This document shows positions 63,277 to 64,000 of a stretch of DNA of 64,000 bases, one piece after another. The position numbers were made by a program, and so were the translations under genes. Under the pieces are notes generated by a model. It was not told the origin of the DNA. It worked only from the letters and a program-made list of their open reading frames with translations, and ran no database searches. This DNA comes from Botryllus schlosseri (lineage: Eukaryota), in assembly GCA_051294905.1 (NCBI GenBank), contig CM119375.1, positions 24,118,001-24,182,000 of the forward strand, given 5' to 3'. How positions within the stretch are numbered: the first letter of the stretch is position 1; every line of letters starts with the position of its first letter.

Positions 63277-63500
63277 CACTGTAAAAAATCTGGTAGATTT
63301 ACTGGGAAATCTGTCAATTTTACAACGAATTAACGGTCGCAGCCAGTAACTGAACGTAGCTTGCAATTTTACATTTTGATATGTAATATTACCTTAATTT
63401 AGCTGTGAAGTCAAGTTACCAGAATTTCTTCGCAAAAGTACTGACAGTTACTCTTCTTCGCAAAAGTACTGACAGTTACTCGTTACTGCAGTTTACCAGG
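63277..63500. mobile_element. CACTGTAAAAAA-ended (EnSpm/CACTA-like) MITE end truncating the Gypsy element
   Basis: cactgtaaaaaat terminus at the point where the pol reading stops. The other end was not found. Confidence 0.45.
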
Positions 63501-64000
63501 CTATTGGCAAAATTGATTAGCTTCAAAATCGCTGCAGCCAATGTATATGGGGAACTGAATGTTACTGATTTATCATTCTCGTGATGATTTGACCTGATTC
63601 AACCTCGTTCGCGAAACTGGGGTCTGTCATACGGAAATTGTTGGCCCTAGTACCAATTTCAGTATAGTATATAGTAGGGTACAAGAAACAACTGGCAATC
63701 GTAGCTAATGTGGTTTTACACCATGGCCATTATATTATATTATAAGGCTATGGCTATACGGCCGGTCTCGCTGGTTACATTCCTTGTCACGGATTAGAAC
63801 TGATAAGTTAGAAAATCAGTTTAGGATGTATAATATTATTGTTTGGGAAACTAGAAATATCAGCACCGCATGCTCAGTTGATCATTTGTTAATGGCGGAC
63901 AAGGCCACCAGTAATGGGTTACATTAGGTTACCGCTACGCGTTACTGGGTTTCTGAGATTAGTTGTAAACAACCAATGCACAACTGTGACGCACAACTGT

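Overview
AT-rich eukaryotic genomic DNA, read by eye. The short GT-AG introns, MITE load and IL-17-receptor-like gene suggest a marine invertebrate, possibly an ascidian (inference). No prokaryotic features, rRNA, true tRNA or CRISPR array were seen. The one apparently intact host gene is a spliced IL-17-receptor-like gene on the + strand (10589-22602, 9 predicted coding exons, 524 aa). It encodes a signal peptide, one IL17R-D1-like fibronectin domain, a short stalk, a TM helix and a divergent SEFIR domain. Most of the rest is nested transposon debris: many hAT elements and MITEs with readable 8-bp target-site duplications (TSDs), a pogo-like DDE_1/PHD transposase pseudogene, two Gypsy pol fragments with 3' LTRs, LINE and SINE fragments, and a C2H2 zinc-finger pseudogene split by a SINE. 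Three structures are least explained: a 1.6-kb foldback element in the receptor intron, a pair of diverged ~3-4 kb head-to-head inverted arms of unknown origin (about 30.8-34.7 kb and 43.6-46.6 kb), and a dense cluster of two-copy tandem duplications at 57.6-63.5 kb. All identity figures are by-eye estimates.
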